From Tubiluchus corallicola (Eukaryota; Animalia; Priapulida), in assembly GCA_030141605.1 (NCBI GenBank), contig JAQGDQ010000301.1, positions 186,001 through 250,000 on the forward strand: 64,000 nt of DNA, written 5' to 3'. This document shows, one piece after another, positions 12,923 through 24,849 of the stretch (positions are counted from its first letter, which is position 1; each line of letters opens with the position of its first letter). The notes below the pieces were generated by a model. That model worked only from the letters and a program-made list of their open reading frames with translations. It was not told where the DNA came from and did no database searches. The translations under genes were made by a program, and so were the position numbers.

Positions 12923-15900
12923 ATGACATATTTCATCAGAGAACAGTCGACCCAAGTCAACTTTGTACTGGTGCTATTTCTTTTATGCGCGTTGAATACA
13001 CTTATTGTATGTCAAAAGCACAAAACATCTCAGCAAAATATTCAAAATAATTACATGTACTACGAAAAAAATCCTCCAAAAATTGTGAGTCGAGAATACG
13101 AAGTCTTAGAAACATCACCAAAAACATTTTTCAGCTGTCCAAAAGACTATTTCATTTCCAAGATCCACTACAGGCTCAAACTTCCAGCAGAGATCCGAAA
13201 ACGAAGGAAGCTAAAAGACAACAGCTGGCTATACACGTTAAATGATGCACTGGATTACGATCATATAAAAATTACACCACCATGCGGAACACTTAAATTT
13301 TGTTTAGGTTTCCAAGCTTGTCTTTTTACTTTTGGAAATGAGTTCTGCAAGCATGATCCTCTACCAGGACAAAGAAAAATTCTGAATGTCTTACTGACTT
13401 GCGATAAAAACGAAGAAATAGAACGTGTTTTGGCAGATGGCAACATTGCTGTAGGAATGAAGAAAGTAATTAATAAAAGAAAAGAAGAAGTTATGTACAT
13501 CACATATACGTCTTTCATTGAACAAGGCTTACGCTTATTAGATCAAGTCAAAATTAATCCCATCATTATACCCGAATATGAAGCTTTTGGTATTCAGTGT
13601 CCACCTGTTTCTCTAGCATATAAGTCAGGTTTCCGTGGACACTGTACAAATGAAGTACCCAGTGGGAACACAGTCCCAGAGCATTTGTGGCGGCTGCTCA
13701 GCAGAGTACCAACACAGTCATGTCGTACAGCACTAACAAACACCTACTGTGCATTCTGGTACAATAATCAGGGCAGATGTGTCCCACCAGAGCTAACAGA
13801 ACCGACATCTAGCAAAAGTACAGTAGAATATAAATATTCAGTGCTGCCAGAGACAGGCACAAGACCAGATGAATCAAATTATCAAAAATTACTAAAAAGC
13901 AATCACTTGGGGTTAATTCCAGTTCGGATAGCTTTTATGATTCTTGTCCATAGCAACCAAGATGTCATATTAGAGCTGCTGGCCCTCATCTATAGAAAGG
14001 AGCATTTCTATATAATTCATGTTGACAACAAACCAGAATCAGAAGAGCTTCGCAGAAATTTGAAAGACTCGGTAAAAAGTATTTATCCAGAGGCTAAAAA
14101 TATAGATGTATTGCCCAAAGAACGGTCATTTCGCACAGCATGGGCATCATGGAACTACATCCGTGCTCATTTAGAATGCCTGGAGCAGCTCTTGAGAATG
14201 GGCACATGGGATTTTGCTATAAATCTGAGTTCTGTTGACTTGCCTTTAAGGGATATTGATGACATGGCTACAGCTTTAGCACCTTATAGGGGCAAAACGT
14301 ATATCAATACCTTTAGTATGCAAAATCTCGATAAAGACTCGTTGTGGTACAGTTGTGATTCATTTGTGTACCGTGTTGCCGTGCAAAAGGGCCCATCTCC
14401 TTTCGGCAAGCTTGCTCATATGTCTGTGTGGACTGCATTTGCTCGAAACTTTGCTGAGTATATTGTGTCACATGAAGATAGAAAATTGGGCCGAGCAAAT
14501 GAGATACAGTTTTACTTAATGACAGTTAGAACTATGGATGAATATTATTTTTCAAACATATTATTAAATTCGCCATTAAAGCACACTTACAGAAATAAGA
14601 TTGTCACGTACGTTAACAAGAATCAAAGAGGAAACATAGATAATGTATGTCGTCATTTATTGGACGCTGATTTTTGTGGACAAGGTCCAGCTACATTTAC
14701 TTCAGCTGACCTTGAAAACATCAAAAAAGCATCACATCGTGTATTCTTTGCAAGGAAATTTGCAGCTGACTTGAGGAATGAAACAAGACGTGAAGTGATA
14801 AACTGGGCAAAAGGAGGCTTTTATGCTAACTTGAAGTTACTAGTTCCAGTGAAAATGCTGAATCAGCTTAGCCACTTAGCACCGTCTACATTGCAGGAAG
14901 GTGAGTGGACGTCAACACAAGTCACAAAGTGGAAGGTTGTTCCTGCATTCGAGCCTCCAGATCCATGTTGCCGTGGTTTTGATTTTGAAATGCAAAAACT
15001 ATTCGCTCTTCAGCAGTTTAGATATATCGTAGATTTTACTGCAGCAAACAGTACGGGAAATGTGTTGCCTGGCAGATATTCTGCTCTGCCTCATTCACCT
15101 CTGAGGTGCTTTCCTTGGGGTCACTTACGAGCAATACATCTTACATCTAATTCTGAAGAGCACGAGTTAGACCCAGACAAGTTTCCTCCACATCGACCAG
15201 TTCCATGGCAACCAGCAGGAGGTAAATATTTATGGGTAAATTTATTATTTCACACAGGTTTACCAGACGATGCATGTCAAAAAGCAAACAATGACGTAGA
15301 CAGAACAATGGAACCTGCAGTATTTCCACACTTGCAAACAAGACTAAAAAGGTCAGACCCACTTCTTTTACTGACAGAATTAGTAGCACCAAATGGAACC
15401 AAGGTATGTTCAGCTAGGATGACAATTGAATGGAATGAAAAAGTTATTGTGCAGGATACCTACGGTTTGCATAATACGCAGTGGGTTAAACACAAATTTG
15501 ACTGCGGTGTGCTGGTCCAAGGTACATGGACTGTGAGATTTTTTCAGATGAACGTGGAAAACCCTTTTATTTATGCGCAGACAATATACATGCATGAATC
15601 TACTCGCAATGTTCCTGAATTTAACGATGATCTCCTTTCCCAGTTATGGATAATTGAAGACCTAATGCTCCCAATAGAGGATAATTTATATAACTCACAG
15701 CTAAATGTTGAAGAAAAAGCAATTGAGCAAGCCAGCGCAGACAAACTAGAACAATCTGCGCATACAGAAGACACAACACAAGATGAATCGCAAAAACGTG
15801 TGCACTCTGAAGACACAAGCAAACCTGGAAAACTTACAGAAAAACCGATAATTGACAGTGACTTGCCCAAGCATGCTACACAAGAACTTACATCTTCAGA

Positions 15901-16420
15901 ATCCGTGATACAGAATAACAAGAACAATCTCCCTCAGAAAGAACAACAAGTAAAAAAGACAATGTCAGAATCATCACCTATGCTAAAGCAGGACTTAAAA
16001 TCTGATAATGGAGAAATGTTCAGAGATGAAGTTTCCCAGAGGCAAACGGGAAAAGATCCAACAACAGATGAAGTAAAAAACGAAGAAGGTAAAATTCTAA
16101 TAAAGAAAGTTGATCAAGAAATAAACGTACAACAAGCGCACGATAGTCATTACCACGATGGCAATGCACTTCCTAAATCAACAGTAACTGATAAAGAGAA
16201 CATCATCTGTTACGAATTTACAGCGCTCTGGGGTGCTACCATTGGTGTAACAGGATTACTCAGTTTGCTATGGCATAATTTAGTAGTGGCAGCTTGGTGG
16301 GGAATAAAAGAGGAAAGAAAAGTGCAAAATGGCCTTTATATAATAACTGCAACCATTGCTATTCAAGTGACTATTTATTTATTGACATGCAAAAATGATG
16401 TATTAAATTATTTTAATTAA
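12923..16420 (+). CDS. Xylosyltransferase (XYLT/oxt)-like GT14 protein with N-terminal SUEL-type lectin module and C-terminal membrane helices, ~1165 aa, single coding exon
   Basis: A splice acceptor (ttttatatttccag) lies just before ATG 12923, followed by a hydrophobic leader. GT14 motifs: RIAFMILVH, FYIIHVD, WDFAINLSSVDLPLR, DEYYFSNIL, DFCGQGP, FFARKF. XYLT-type LLSRV..QSCR...TYC lies upstream and Xylo_C-like GTWTVRFF...LWIIEDL downstream. AATAAA near 16568. Confidence 0.9.
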   Translation: MTYFIREQSTQVNFVLVLFLLCALNTLIVCQKHKTSQQNIQNNYMYYEKNPPKIVSREYEVLETSPKTFFSCPKDYFISKIHYRLKLPAEIRKRRKLKDNSWLYTLNDALDYDHIKITPPCGTLKFCLGFQACLFTFGNEFCKHDPLPGQRKILNVLLTCDKNEEIERVLADGNIAVGMKKVINKRKEEVMYITYTSFIEQGLRLLDQVKINPIIIPEYEAFGIQCPPVSLAYKSGFRGHCTNEVPSGNTVPEHLWRLLSRVPTQSCRTALTNTYCAFWYNNQGRCVPPELTEPTSSKSTVEYKYSVLPETGTRPDESNYQKLLKSNHLGLIPVRIAFMILVHSNQDVILELLALIYRKEHFYIIHVDNKPESEELRRNLKDSVKSIYPEAKNIDVLPKERSFRTAWASWNYIRAHLECLEQLLRMGTWDFAINLSSVDLPLRDIDDMATALAPYRGKTYINTFSMQNLDKDSLWYSCDSFVYRVAVQKGPSPFGKLAHMSVWTAFARNFAEYIVSHEDRKLGRANEIQFYLMTVRTMDEYYFSNILLNSPLKHTYRNKIVTYVNKNQRGNIDNVCRHLLDADFCGQGPATFTSADLENIKKASHRVFFARKFAADLRNETRREVINWAKGGFYANLKLLVPVKMLNQLSHLAPSTLQEGEWTSTQVTKWKVVPAFEPPDPCCRGFDFEMQKLFALQQFRYIVDFTAANSTGNVLPGRYSALPHSPLRCFPWGHLRAIHLTSNSEEHELDPDKFPPHRPVPWQPAGGKYLWVNLLFHTGLPDDACQKANNDVDRTMEPAVFPHLQTRLKRSDPLLLLTELVAPNGTKVCSARMTIEWNEKVIVQDTYGLHNTQWVKHKFDCGVLVQGTWTVRFFQMNVENPFIYAQTIYMHESTRNVPEFNDDLLSQLWIIEDLMLPIEDNLYNSQLNVEEKAIEQASADKLEQSAHTEDTTQDESQKRVHSEDTSKPGKLTEKPIIDSDLPKHATQELTSSESVIQNNKNNLPQKEQQVKKTMSESSPMLKQDLKSDNGEMFRDEVSQRQTGKDPTTDEVKNEEGKILIKKVDQEINVQQAHDSHYHDGNALPKSTVTDKENIICYEFTALWGATIGVTGLLSLLWHNLVVAAWWGIKEERKVQNGLYIITATIAIQVTIYLLTCKNDVLNYFN

Positions 16421-16839
16421 GCTCACTGCTTTACCAAGTCCATTACCAAGTGGATTAAAAGCTAATGAATGATGCCATTAGCATAGGTGCAGACAACAGT
16501 TATTGCTCAAATAATATAATTTATTATAAATTGTTAAAACTGTTCCAAGCTTTTAAATGCTATTACAATAAATACTATATAAATTACTTTTGTGGACGAT
16601 AGCTTTACTTGTTTTGAATTTCTCCCATGGATCAGAAAAATGCAAAGCAAAGTGTATATTGCATATAATAAAAATGTCTTGGAACAAGTGCACTCGAAAA
16701 ACCAAACCGATATTACTAATTGAAAATATTTATTAATGTAAATAGAAAATCAACACAAATTGAAAACTACAAAATAGTGTAAATGTGAATACATGTTAAA
16801 CTCCTTCACCACAGAATCAATAACGAACTATTGGTAAAT

Positions 16840-16875
<36 letters not shown>

Positions 16876-17175
16876 CGTGTTGATGTTTGTGAAAATCTAT
16901 TCAATTTCATAGTCTAGTTAAAATATAGCTATAAAAATAAACATGGAATATATTTTTCTGATGACACTTGATTTGATCGTTTCAGTATTTAGCCAGTCTT
17001 AGACTGTTACAGAAAGACTAAGGCATTTCAGTTTTATCTAGCAAATTTAAAATGTAAACCCTCAAGTTTGCATATTTTTCTTATTTTATGAGAGTACAAA
17101 CAAAAATATTACAGTCACAATTCATTTAATCATAATGGCTTCTCTGCTGGTTGCTTCTAATAAGCATTACCTTCA

Positions 17176-17574
17176 TTATAGAATGCGATGTGAAAAATAA
17201 ATCTTATCCACATCTTTGTGAAGTTTCTGAGAATCTTTTACTATATTCCACAGAATATTGGACAGCTGACTTATCACTAGATTATATTCAAGCTCAAATA
17301 TTTCTCGACTGCTTTCGTACCTTTCGTAAAACTGCGAACACCTATAGAACAGCTCCCTCAACTTTTGTTCTATGTGCATGGGACAGCCATAAAGTACATA
17401 CTCTCTCATCAAGTCACAAGCATAGTAAAGCATTGTTTGATGTGGCATTGTTGTATCACATTGTTTGGACAATACGTTGCAAGTGGAATGACACATAGTA
17501 CCATATGAACAATCTGCATTCGTTGTACATGATAATGCAGCCAACCTCAATGAAAGAACACGGTGATTCACAAC
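17176..17574 (-). CDS. DIPK1A: DIPK1/FAM69-like gene, last coding exon (6)
   Basis: Acceptor taacag. CTTNADCSYGTMCHSTC...ACDLMREYVLYGCP...LSNILW parallels the DIPK1A C-terminal Cys-rich region. Confidence 0.88.
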   Translation of the reverse strand, partial: VVNHRVLSLRLAALSCTTNADCSYGTMCHSTCNVLSKQCDTTMPHQTMLYYACDLMREYVLYGCPMHIEQKLRELFYRCSQFYERYESSREIFELEYNLVISQLSNILWNIVKDSQKLHKDVDKIYFSHRIL

Positions 17575-17921
17575 CTGTTAAAAAGCAATGTCATAATAGT
17601 TAAATGTATTTAGATTAGGATGTATTATTACATGTATTGTCACCAGTGGAACTAAGGTGCTAAACTATGTCTTTTTTGTTCATGTCAGATTCTGTTTATG
17701 CTGCATTACACTAATTAAAATAAACTAGAATTTCATGTTACCCCATCACATTAAGAAGTAAAGGATTATAAGAAAAGTTGTTTTACAACATGTATGATAT
17801 TTAAACTTGATTTTGATACTTAAAAAAAAGCTACAGTCAGACATATTACGCAAAAAGAACTTTTTCAAAACCACACAGCTAGCTAAAGAGAACTCTCAGG
17901 AACTGGCAAAGTTACAGAATA

Positions 17922-18060
17922 CAGTAAGTCCTCGCTTAACGACTCCCCGTTTAACGACGTTTTGTTTTAACGACGCTGAACATTTGAGACCTTTTTCTCA
18001 CTCAACAACGCATGCTTCATTTTAATGACGACTTTTTTTGCTTTGCCTACGGCCATTTTT
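17922..18060 (+). mobile_element. Solo pogo/Tigger-like terminal repeat
   Basis: TA followed by cagtaagtcctcgcttaacgac...ttaacgacg, typical of pogo-type ends; no partner end seen. Confidence 0.55.
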
Positions 18061-18534
18061 ATTTTATCAACAATTTTTTTTTACCTAATTTTAAGTATTA
18101 AACTGATACAAATTGTGTAATTTTGTTCTATAAATGCATTAGTAACCTAAAAAGTGCAATTATTATAATGATTTTGCTTCCCGACTGACTACGTACTAAA
18201 TTCTAGCCATTTGTATCAAGCGAGATTATTTGCCGATTTATACGCCCTCCGGCAGGGTGTCGTGAAAATAACTATTTTTATCCACTCTTTTTACAACTTT
18301 TCCTACTTTGGAGGTTTGATGAGATATTTAACATGGGTAAATTTTCAGCTAGATTAAGCTTTGGGAATACTTGTCTCCACTCATCTTAAGATTTCGGAAT
18401 TATGCTCATTTGTGCAGTGATTTGACAAATCTTAAAAACTATTACATCCACTCCACTGACCTAGCAATTTTCACCAGTAGTTTGCAATGATTAATAGTTA
18501 TCGCACATAGAACTGTGACAGTTTTGCATGCTAG

Positions 18535-19687
18535 GAAGTTGTATCTGCAAATTAAAAATGTGTGTATTTTATACATATATCGCCATATGTTAACTAATGC
18601 TTTTAAAAATTTTTCTAAAATGGATTTTTCTAAAAGCTGCTACATTCGAATGTAAGCCCGTATTTGTTCTAAAAAACAATAATACTACCTTGCATTGTTT
18701 ATTTGCCATTGTGGTTTCTTTATAATGTCAGTTGAAAATGTTCACACTGCTCAACAGCTATTTTTTCTAGAAAAAATTTAGAAACCGTTTATTTTTATCA
18801 TGAACTCTAGAAAAGTTAGCAGCAAGCTATTCAACTATCCTACGTCGCAAAAGAGATTGTAGCACAAGGTGTATTTGCTAAATATGCAAAAGCATCAATT
18901 GCCACAATAACACTTAAAGGCATTATTAAAAGGATTATGACCAAGTTGCAAATGATTCCATATGAGCCGAATAAAGTGCCTGAAAATTGTAAAACAAAGA
19001 CTTCACATCCACAAAACTATGCTTGAGATGGATGGCAAAATCATCTTGGATGCAACAACTGGCCAAACAAGTAATCAAACCATGCAAGTTCTGAATCTTC
19101 TGACATGCACTGGAGTCCACCATATGTTGTCAAGACAAACTTATCGAAACAGAATCGTGCTCAAATTAATAACACTTATCCTGACTTATGTGGCTCCTTA
19201 GTAGTTTTTGATGAGATGAGAGACTACTTGATGAAGAAAGGCATATTCTTTCACCACTTCAAAGTTGTACGATGTGATGGGACCTATGCAAACACTGGAA
19301 AAACAGAATAGTCATACGTATACTATAAGCAGGCCAGTCCAGTGGTCAGTTTGTATGCTACACGTGAACAAGTTACTACCGAGACACCTTTAACCTTAAC
19401 TAGTCTTTTGATTCACAAAATGTAAAAATAAACAGTTTAAAAATTTTTTTCTAGAAAAAACAGCTATTGAGCAGTGTGAACATTTTCAATTGATATTATG
19501 AAGAAATTACAATGACAAATAAACAGCACAAGGTAATGTTATTGTTTTTTAGAACAAATAAGGGTTCACATTCCAATGTAGCAGCTTTTAGAAAAATCCA
19601 TATAGGGGTAATTTTAAAAGCATTAGTTAACATATGGCGATATATGTATAAAATACACACGTTTTTAAAATTTGCAGATACAACTTC
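18535..19687 (+). mobile_element. hAT-like transposase remnant flanked by ~250-bp inverted repeats (intronic)
   Basis: 18535-18780 is the reverse complement of 19440-19687. Between them lies a degenerate VVRCDGTYANTG...RPVQWSVCMLH.N...RHL (D..NTG and CxxH motifs). Confidence 0.7.
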
Positions 19688-20844
19688 TGCAACTAATGCT
19701 GTTCTGGATGTCCAAATGTAATTTATGTTGATTTTTTGATACATTAACTAAATAAAACAATAACATAAACAAATAATATAAACGAACAACATTAATAAGA
19801 AAACAAAAACTCAGCAAAAGCTAAGTGACTCACTCTTCTGATCTGACAAGAGAAGTTTACAGCGAGTCAAAAAATACGATCAGAAGTGAATATCAACTTG
19901 ACGTCTAAATGCACCTGAGAAAAATTTCCTACTGATGATCAGTGAAAATGCATGTACAACGATGCTTTTTTGCAGACCAGACATGTCATCAACTCCTTCA
20001 GGACTATAAGCATTTGCTGCATTTTGCATTGGTTTGATGAAAAACTGCTCTCACTGAGCAGCGATTAAGTTATATTTGATAATTTTTGTAGGTTTCTACT
20101 CCCCACACAATGGATTTTCATGCAAAATTATATGCAAAATGCGTTTGCTCATTTAGACAAATTAAAAATCGACTATTGACGGAAAATTGGAAAAAACTTT
20201 CAGTAACTGCAGTGTTTGCACCGTAACAATGTACAGTATCACTTGTGTGAAATCAACTAATGCAGAACATTACAACTATCCAGACACACTTTGATACACT
20301 TTAGCGTCAAGTCTACTCTTGTTTTTAAGGAGAAATTCCTGTTTAAAGAAGAAACGACGTTAATTTCTCCATGGCTGCTCGATTGGTTTTTCCTGGAACT
20401 CTGTGCAGCAGACAGTTCTTTTGTATTGTAGGAAGCAGGCGATCAATAGAATAGTGTGTATGATCACGCAAGTATACGCCAGACTAACCTACTCGATCGG
20501 CTAAGATGGAATACCTGAAAAGGGCATGTTTTTCTCAATTTTATCCAATTAAACCACTTATAAATGCTTAAACAAATAGCATGACTGGATAGCTGAGATT
20601 GTACCTAGAACAGAACAGTACCTAATTTGAAGTCATTTAGTTATGTCTGCACTTATACAGTAACAGAAAAGTCATAGGTCTTATAAGACCTATTTTGAAT
20701 GGTGCGGTCTTGAAGGAGTTAAGAACTTTGCTCAACTAAATTCCCATAATGTGCATGTAATGATGAACAGCTGCTTATAGTGTGAACTGAGCTCAATATA
20801 ACCGATAATTTTTGCACAATTTAGCACAAAATTCTTTGGGAAAT

Positions 20845-21040
20845 TGTCTGTCCATGTGGCTACATATGGTTTTCAATATGACCTTGTCTGTCCATGTGGT
20901 TACATATTGTCTTCAATTGGATCTGGTCTGACCATGTGATTACATATGGTTTTCAATATGATCTTGTCTGCCCATGTGGTTATATATGGATTTCAATATG
21001 ATACTGTCTGCTTATGTGGTCACACATGGTTCGCAATATG
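20845..21040. repeat. ~40-bp minisatellite, ~5 copies
   Basis: Unit tgtctgtccatgtggttacatatggttttcaatatgacct. Confidence 0.85.
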
Positions 21041-21055
21041 TTTTACTCTATATAC

Positions 21056-21236
21056 CTTTGATAAATCCGTTATACGAAGACGGCGATCACGACTTGTGCC
21101 AAACCTTGAATTATCAAAATTACACATATAATAGTTACTGAGAGATTTGCCATCTGTTGTTTCACCAACGTATTCCAACAGTGAAATAAAATGTTCAGCC
21201 CTCACTTCCCAGTCTGGCAAAGTGTATGGAAATATT
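21056..21236 (-). CDS. DIPK1A: DIPK1/FAM69-like gene, coding exon 5
   Basis: tttcag acceptor, gtatat donor, phases consistent. PDWEVRAEHFISLLEYV...YYMCNFDNSRFG...RITDLSK is the catalytic-loop/DFG-equivalent region. Confidence 0.88.
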
Positions 21237-21884
21237 CTGAAACCAAATAAAATTGATGCAGATTAATTGCACATATTTTGAACATCACGATAGGAACTAA
21301 TATATTGTCAACGGAAATCTTAATTTTAGCTGAGGATTTTGGTGGTCATTGTGGAAATTTTATTCTTGCTAAAATTAATAACTACCACAATGAAACGGAG
21401 TGAAATGGATGTACTACAGGTCCCAGTAATGTACAAATGAAAGATTACGCTTGTGCCACCATCTAGAAAATGTGACATCAAATCAAAATTCGAACCATCA
21501 TGCCAACCTAAAAGATTAACATTAAAAGTTGGAAAAAATTTACAGTTTTCTTATAACGATTCTCCTTATTGATGCATTAGCAATTATAAGATGCTTGTTG
21601 CATTTGTTTTACAGGGTTGTGGAGTCAGTTCAAAAAATTTCAACTACAATTCCATAAGAATTTAATGTATGAGAGCAATCCATTATCTGAACAGGAGACA
21701 CATTCTCTCATTACACAAAAAATATCTACAATTTTGGACCAGTTTGATTTGTACAAAAATGGATAATATTTTTGTTATTTTACAAGACAAGTCAAATTTT
21801 CTAATGAAGAATTTTCATAATGGTAGAGAGTTTAATTTTATTGAGAAACCAAAAATTACAAGCATTATGAAAACTTCTGCATAC

Positions 21885-22090
21885 TTATTATGATATCGTG
21901 ACGGCCACCATCTGGCCAGAAGTGTCCTGTAGCTAAACAATGACCGTTGTGGCACATTCTCAATTGAGTACATTTGACCGCAATAACCAAGAAAACGTGG
22001 AATGACTGCATTACTTTGTAAAACCAACTGATTAAAGAATTCACCACTGTGCAGCAAAGACCAAATAGTTGCAGCTTCTGGATAACTGAT
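21885..22090 (-). CDS. DIPK1A: DIPK1/FAM69-like gene, coding exon 4
   Basis: ISYPEAATIWSLLHSGEF...PRFLGYCGQMY matches FAM69 (S..EA..W.LL...E...P..LG.CG..Y); AG/GT boundaries. Confidence 0.88.
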
Positions 22091-22137
22091 CTGAAAAATA
22101 GAAACATTTTAACATATAAAAGCTCTAAATAGCTTAA

Positions 22138-22620
22138 AGGACAAGAAAAGAGGTACCTTAAGTAGGTTTCAGAAAAATCGTCTTGAAAACTTATATTACT
22201 TTATAGCAATTTTTTGCGTATATCGTACTCCCGTTGAAAGGATTTTTTGTTTGTTTTCGTTTTAAATCTGCCGCAATACTGTTCCGACGGTGCCATTACA
22301 TGACGTAATATACGCACAACGTAAATCAGGGGAAGAAAAGCTAACGTTAAATTATGTACCAAAAAAACTTTCCATGGAAATCTAAATTACTTAGCATTTC
22401 GCTTACCTGCTTGAAAGACTTATCTAAAATGCTTTCACCAATTGGCAAAATGTCATTGATTCACCCTCCAGAGTGCAGCACTCACTAGTTTTACCAAAAA
22501 CGTATTTTAATCTTATTGGCAAGATACGGTAATTTTAAATTTTATTTAGTTAGTGACGTGTGCATTACGAATGGTGTATGTATTTATGTAAGTGGAGGGT
22601 TTTCTTGTGCTTTAATATAT
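22138..22620 (+). mobile_element. Kolobok-like non-autonomous element, copy A
   Basis: Starts ttaa|aggacaagaaaag; homologous to 27170-27620 and to the reverse complement of 58905-59297. Confidence 0.65.
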
Positions 22621-23514
22621 TATTGCAGAAATCTAATTCTTTTTACAATTATTTATCAAGAACAAACCATATGACACTGTAAAATATAGGATTACTTAGT
22701 ATGCTTAATAAGATAAATCAGTTTAAGAACCTTCACTTTAAGAAACAATTTTAATTTTTTTGTTTTTCCTATATGCAGTTGTAACTGGCAAAATAATTTT
22801 TCCGAGCAGTTAGTAACAGGAAAGTTATTTAACTAACTCAAACTGACTGTGTGCACACAAGCGAAACTGCATACATGAGTGCTGCTTGTGTGCATACTTG
22901 TGCACCGTAGTAGTTGGCACTGGCTTTAAACACAGGCACCGAAGTCTACCAGTTTTTACTATTACTCATTACAATCTTTGTTAAATCAAGTGGAAGTCAA
23001 AAAAATCAGCAAAGTGACTCATGAATGGTTAGCCTCCAACCTTCAGGGAGCGAATGTTTAAAATACACTACAGGTCACTCCAGCATCACTTAACGGGAAG
23101 CTAATTACACTAATAGCTCAACACATAACCAGCACTTTGTTAAATAATTTATTTTAATAATGTAATTATTTATAAAGTGCTCCTTGAATAAAAATTTTTT
23201 GAAAGGTGCTGTATAATTAAAAATATTTAGATAAAATGGTAAAAAACTATAATACAACTAGACCTATCTGTAAATAAAAAACATCTGCGAAACATTCACC
23301 ACTTATACATTAAAATACTGCTTAAAAACATTGGTATTCAGTTTATTTTTAAAAGGATTTAAATTAGAGCATTCTCTAATTTCAAGTTAAATGTATTTTA
23401 AATTTATATGACTAATCCTAATTAAATCAGAAATGTGGATTTTTCAATTCACCATCTGATTCATAAAATTACAAATGACTAGATTTTTTTCTTCTAATGT
23501 GAATGACATGATAC

Positions 23515-23748
23515 CTTGTCATCAGCATTGACATCAGCTACAGTTATGAGGTGATCGACTAGCTGCGTGTTGTTCTTTATACCAGTTTGAATGCTGACAA
23601 AACTCAACAGCATACCATAGAACTGAGCATAGGTTGTTCCCATGGGAATGGACTTGTATTCATGGAAAGTGGAAAATGACGGCCATGCTGCCATGTGATA
23701 TATGTATCGAATCTCGTCCATTTCGAAAACGGAATGATACACAAATTC
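23515..23748 (-). CDS. DIPK1A: DIPK1/FAM69-like gene, coding exon 3
   Basis: ttcag acceptor, gtatca donor, 234 nt phase 0. Contains PMGTTYAQF and the EF-hand-like ADVNADDK. Confidence 0.85.
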
Positions 23749-23874
23749 CTGAAGAAATTAGAGAATAAATCAATACTTCACATTCTAATTAATACCTTTT
23801 CATTTCTGCAACAAGCTATAAAACAACATTTATTGGAAGGATTTTACAAATCCCCATACAATTTAAATACACTA

Positions 23875-24822
23875 ACCCCAACCCTATCCCTAACATTAAT
23901 CCTAACCCTAACCGTAACCCTAAACCAACCCTAACTCCAAACTTAACACTAAATCAACCCTAACCCAAACTTAACCCTAAATCAACCTTAACCCAAACTT
24001 AACACTAAATCAACCCTAACCCAAACTTAACCCTAAATCAACCTTAACCCAAACTTAACCCTAAATCAACCTTAACCCAAACTTAACACTAAATCAACCC
24101 TAACCCAAACTTAACCCTAAATCAACCCTAACCCAAACTTAACACTAAATCAACCCTAACCCAAACTTAACACTAAATCAACCCTAACCCAAACTTAACA
24201 CTAAATCAACCCTAACCCAAACTTAACACTAAATCAACCCTAACTCCAAACTTAACACTAAACCAACCCTAACTCCAAACTTAACACTAAATCAACCCTA
24301 ACTCCAAACTTAACCCTAAACCAATCCTAACCCAAACTTAACCCTAAATCAACCCTAACCCAAACTTAACACTAAATCAACCCTAACTCCAAACTTAACA
24401 CTAAACCAACCCTAACCCAAACTTAACACTAAATCAACCCTAACCCAAACTTAACACTAAATCAACCTTAACCCAAACTTAACACTAAACCAACCCTAAC
24501 TCCAAACTTAACACTAAACCAACCCTAACTCCAAACTTAACACTAAATCAATCCTAACTCCAAACTTAACCCTAAACCAACCCTAACTCCAAACTTAACC
24601 CTAAATCAACCCTAACTCCAAACTTAACCCTAAATCAACCTTAACCCAAACTTAACCCTAAATCAACCTTAACCCAAGCTTAACACTAAATCAATCCTAA
24701 CTCCAAACTTAACCCTAAATCAATCCTAACTCCAAACTTAACACTAAATCAACCCTAACCCAAACTTAACACTAAATCAACCCTAACTCCAAACTTAACA
24801 CTAATCATAATCTTAACCCTAA
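23875..24822. repeat. Telomere-like (CCCTAA-derived) 28/29-bp satellite, ~30 copies, intronic
   Basis: Unit caaccctaac(t)ccaaacttaac(a/c)ctaaat, preceded by degenerate (CCCTAA)n. Confidence 0.93.
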
Positions 24823-24849
24823 TCTGGTTCACAAACTAAATTGTTGTGT

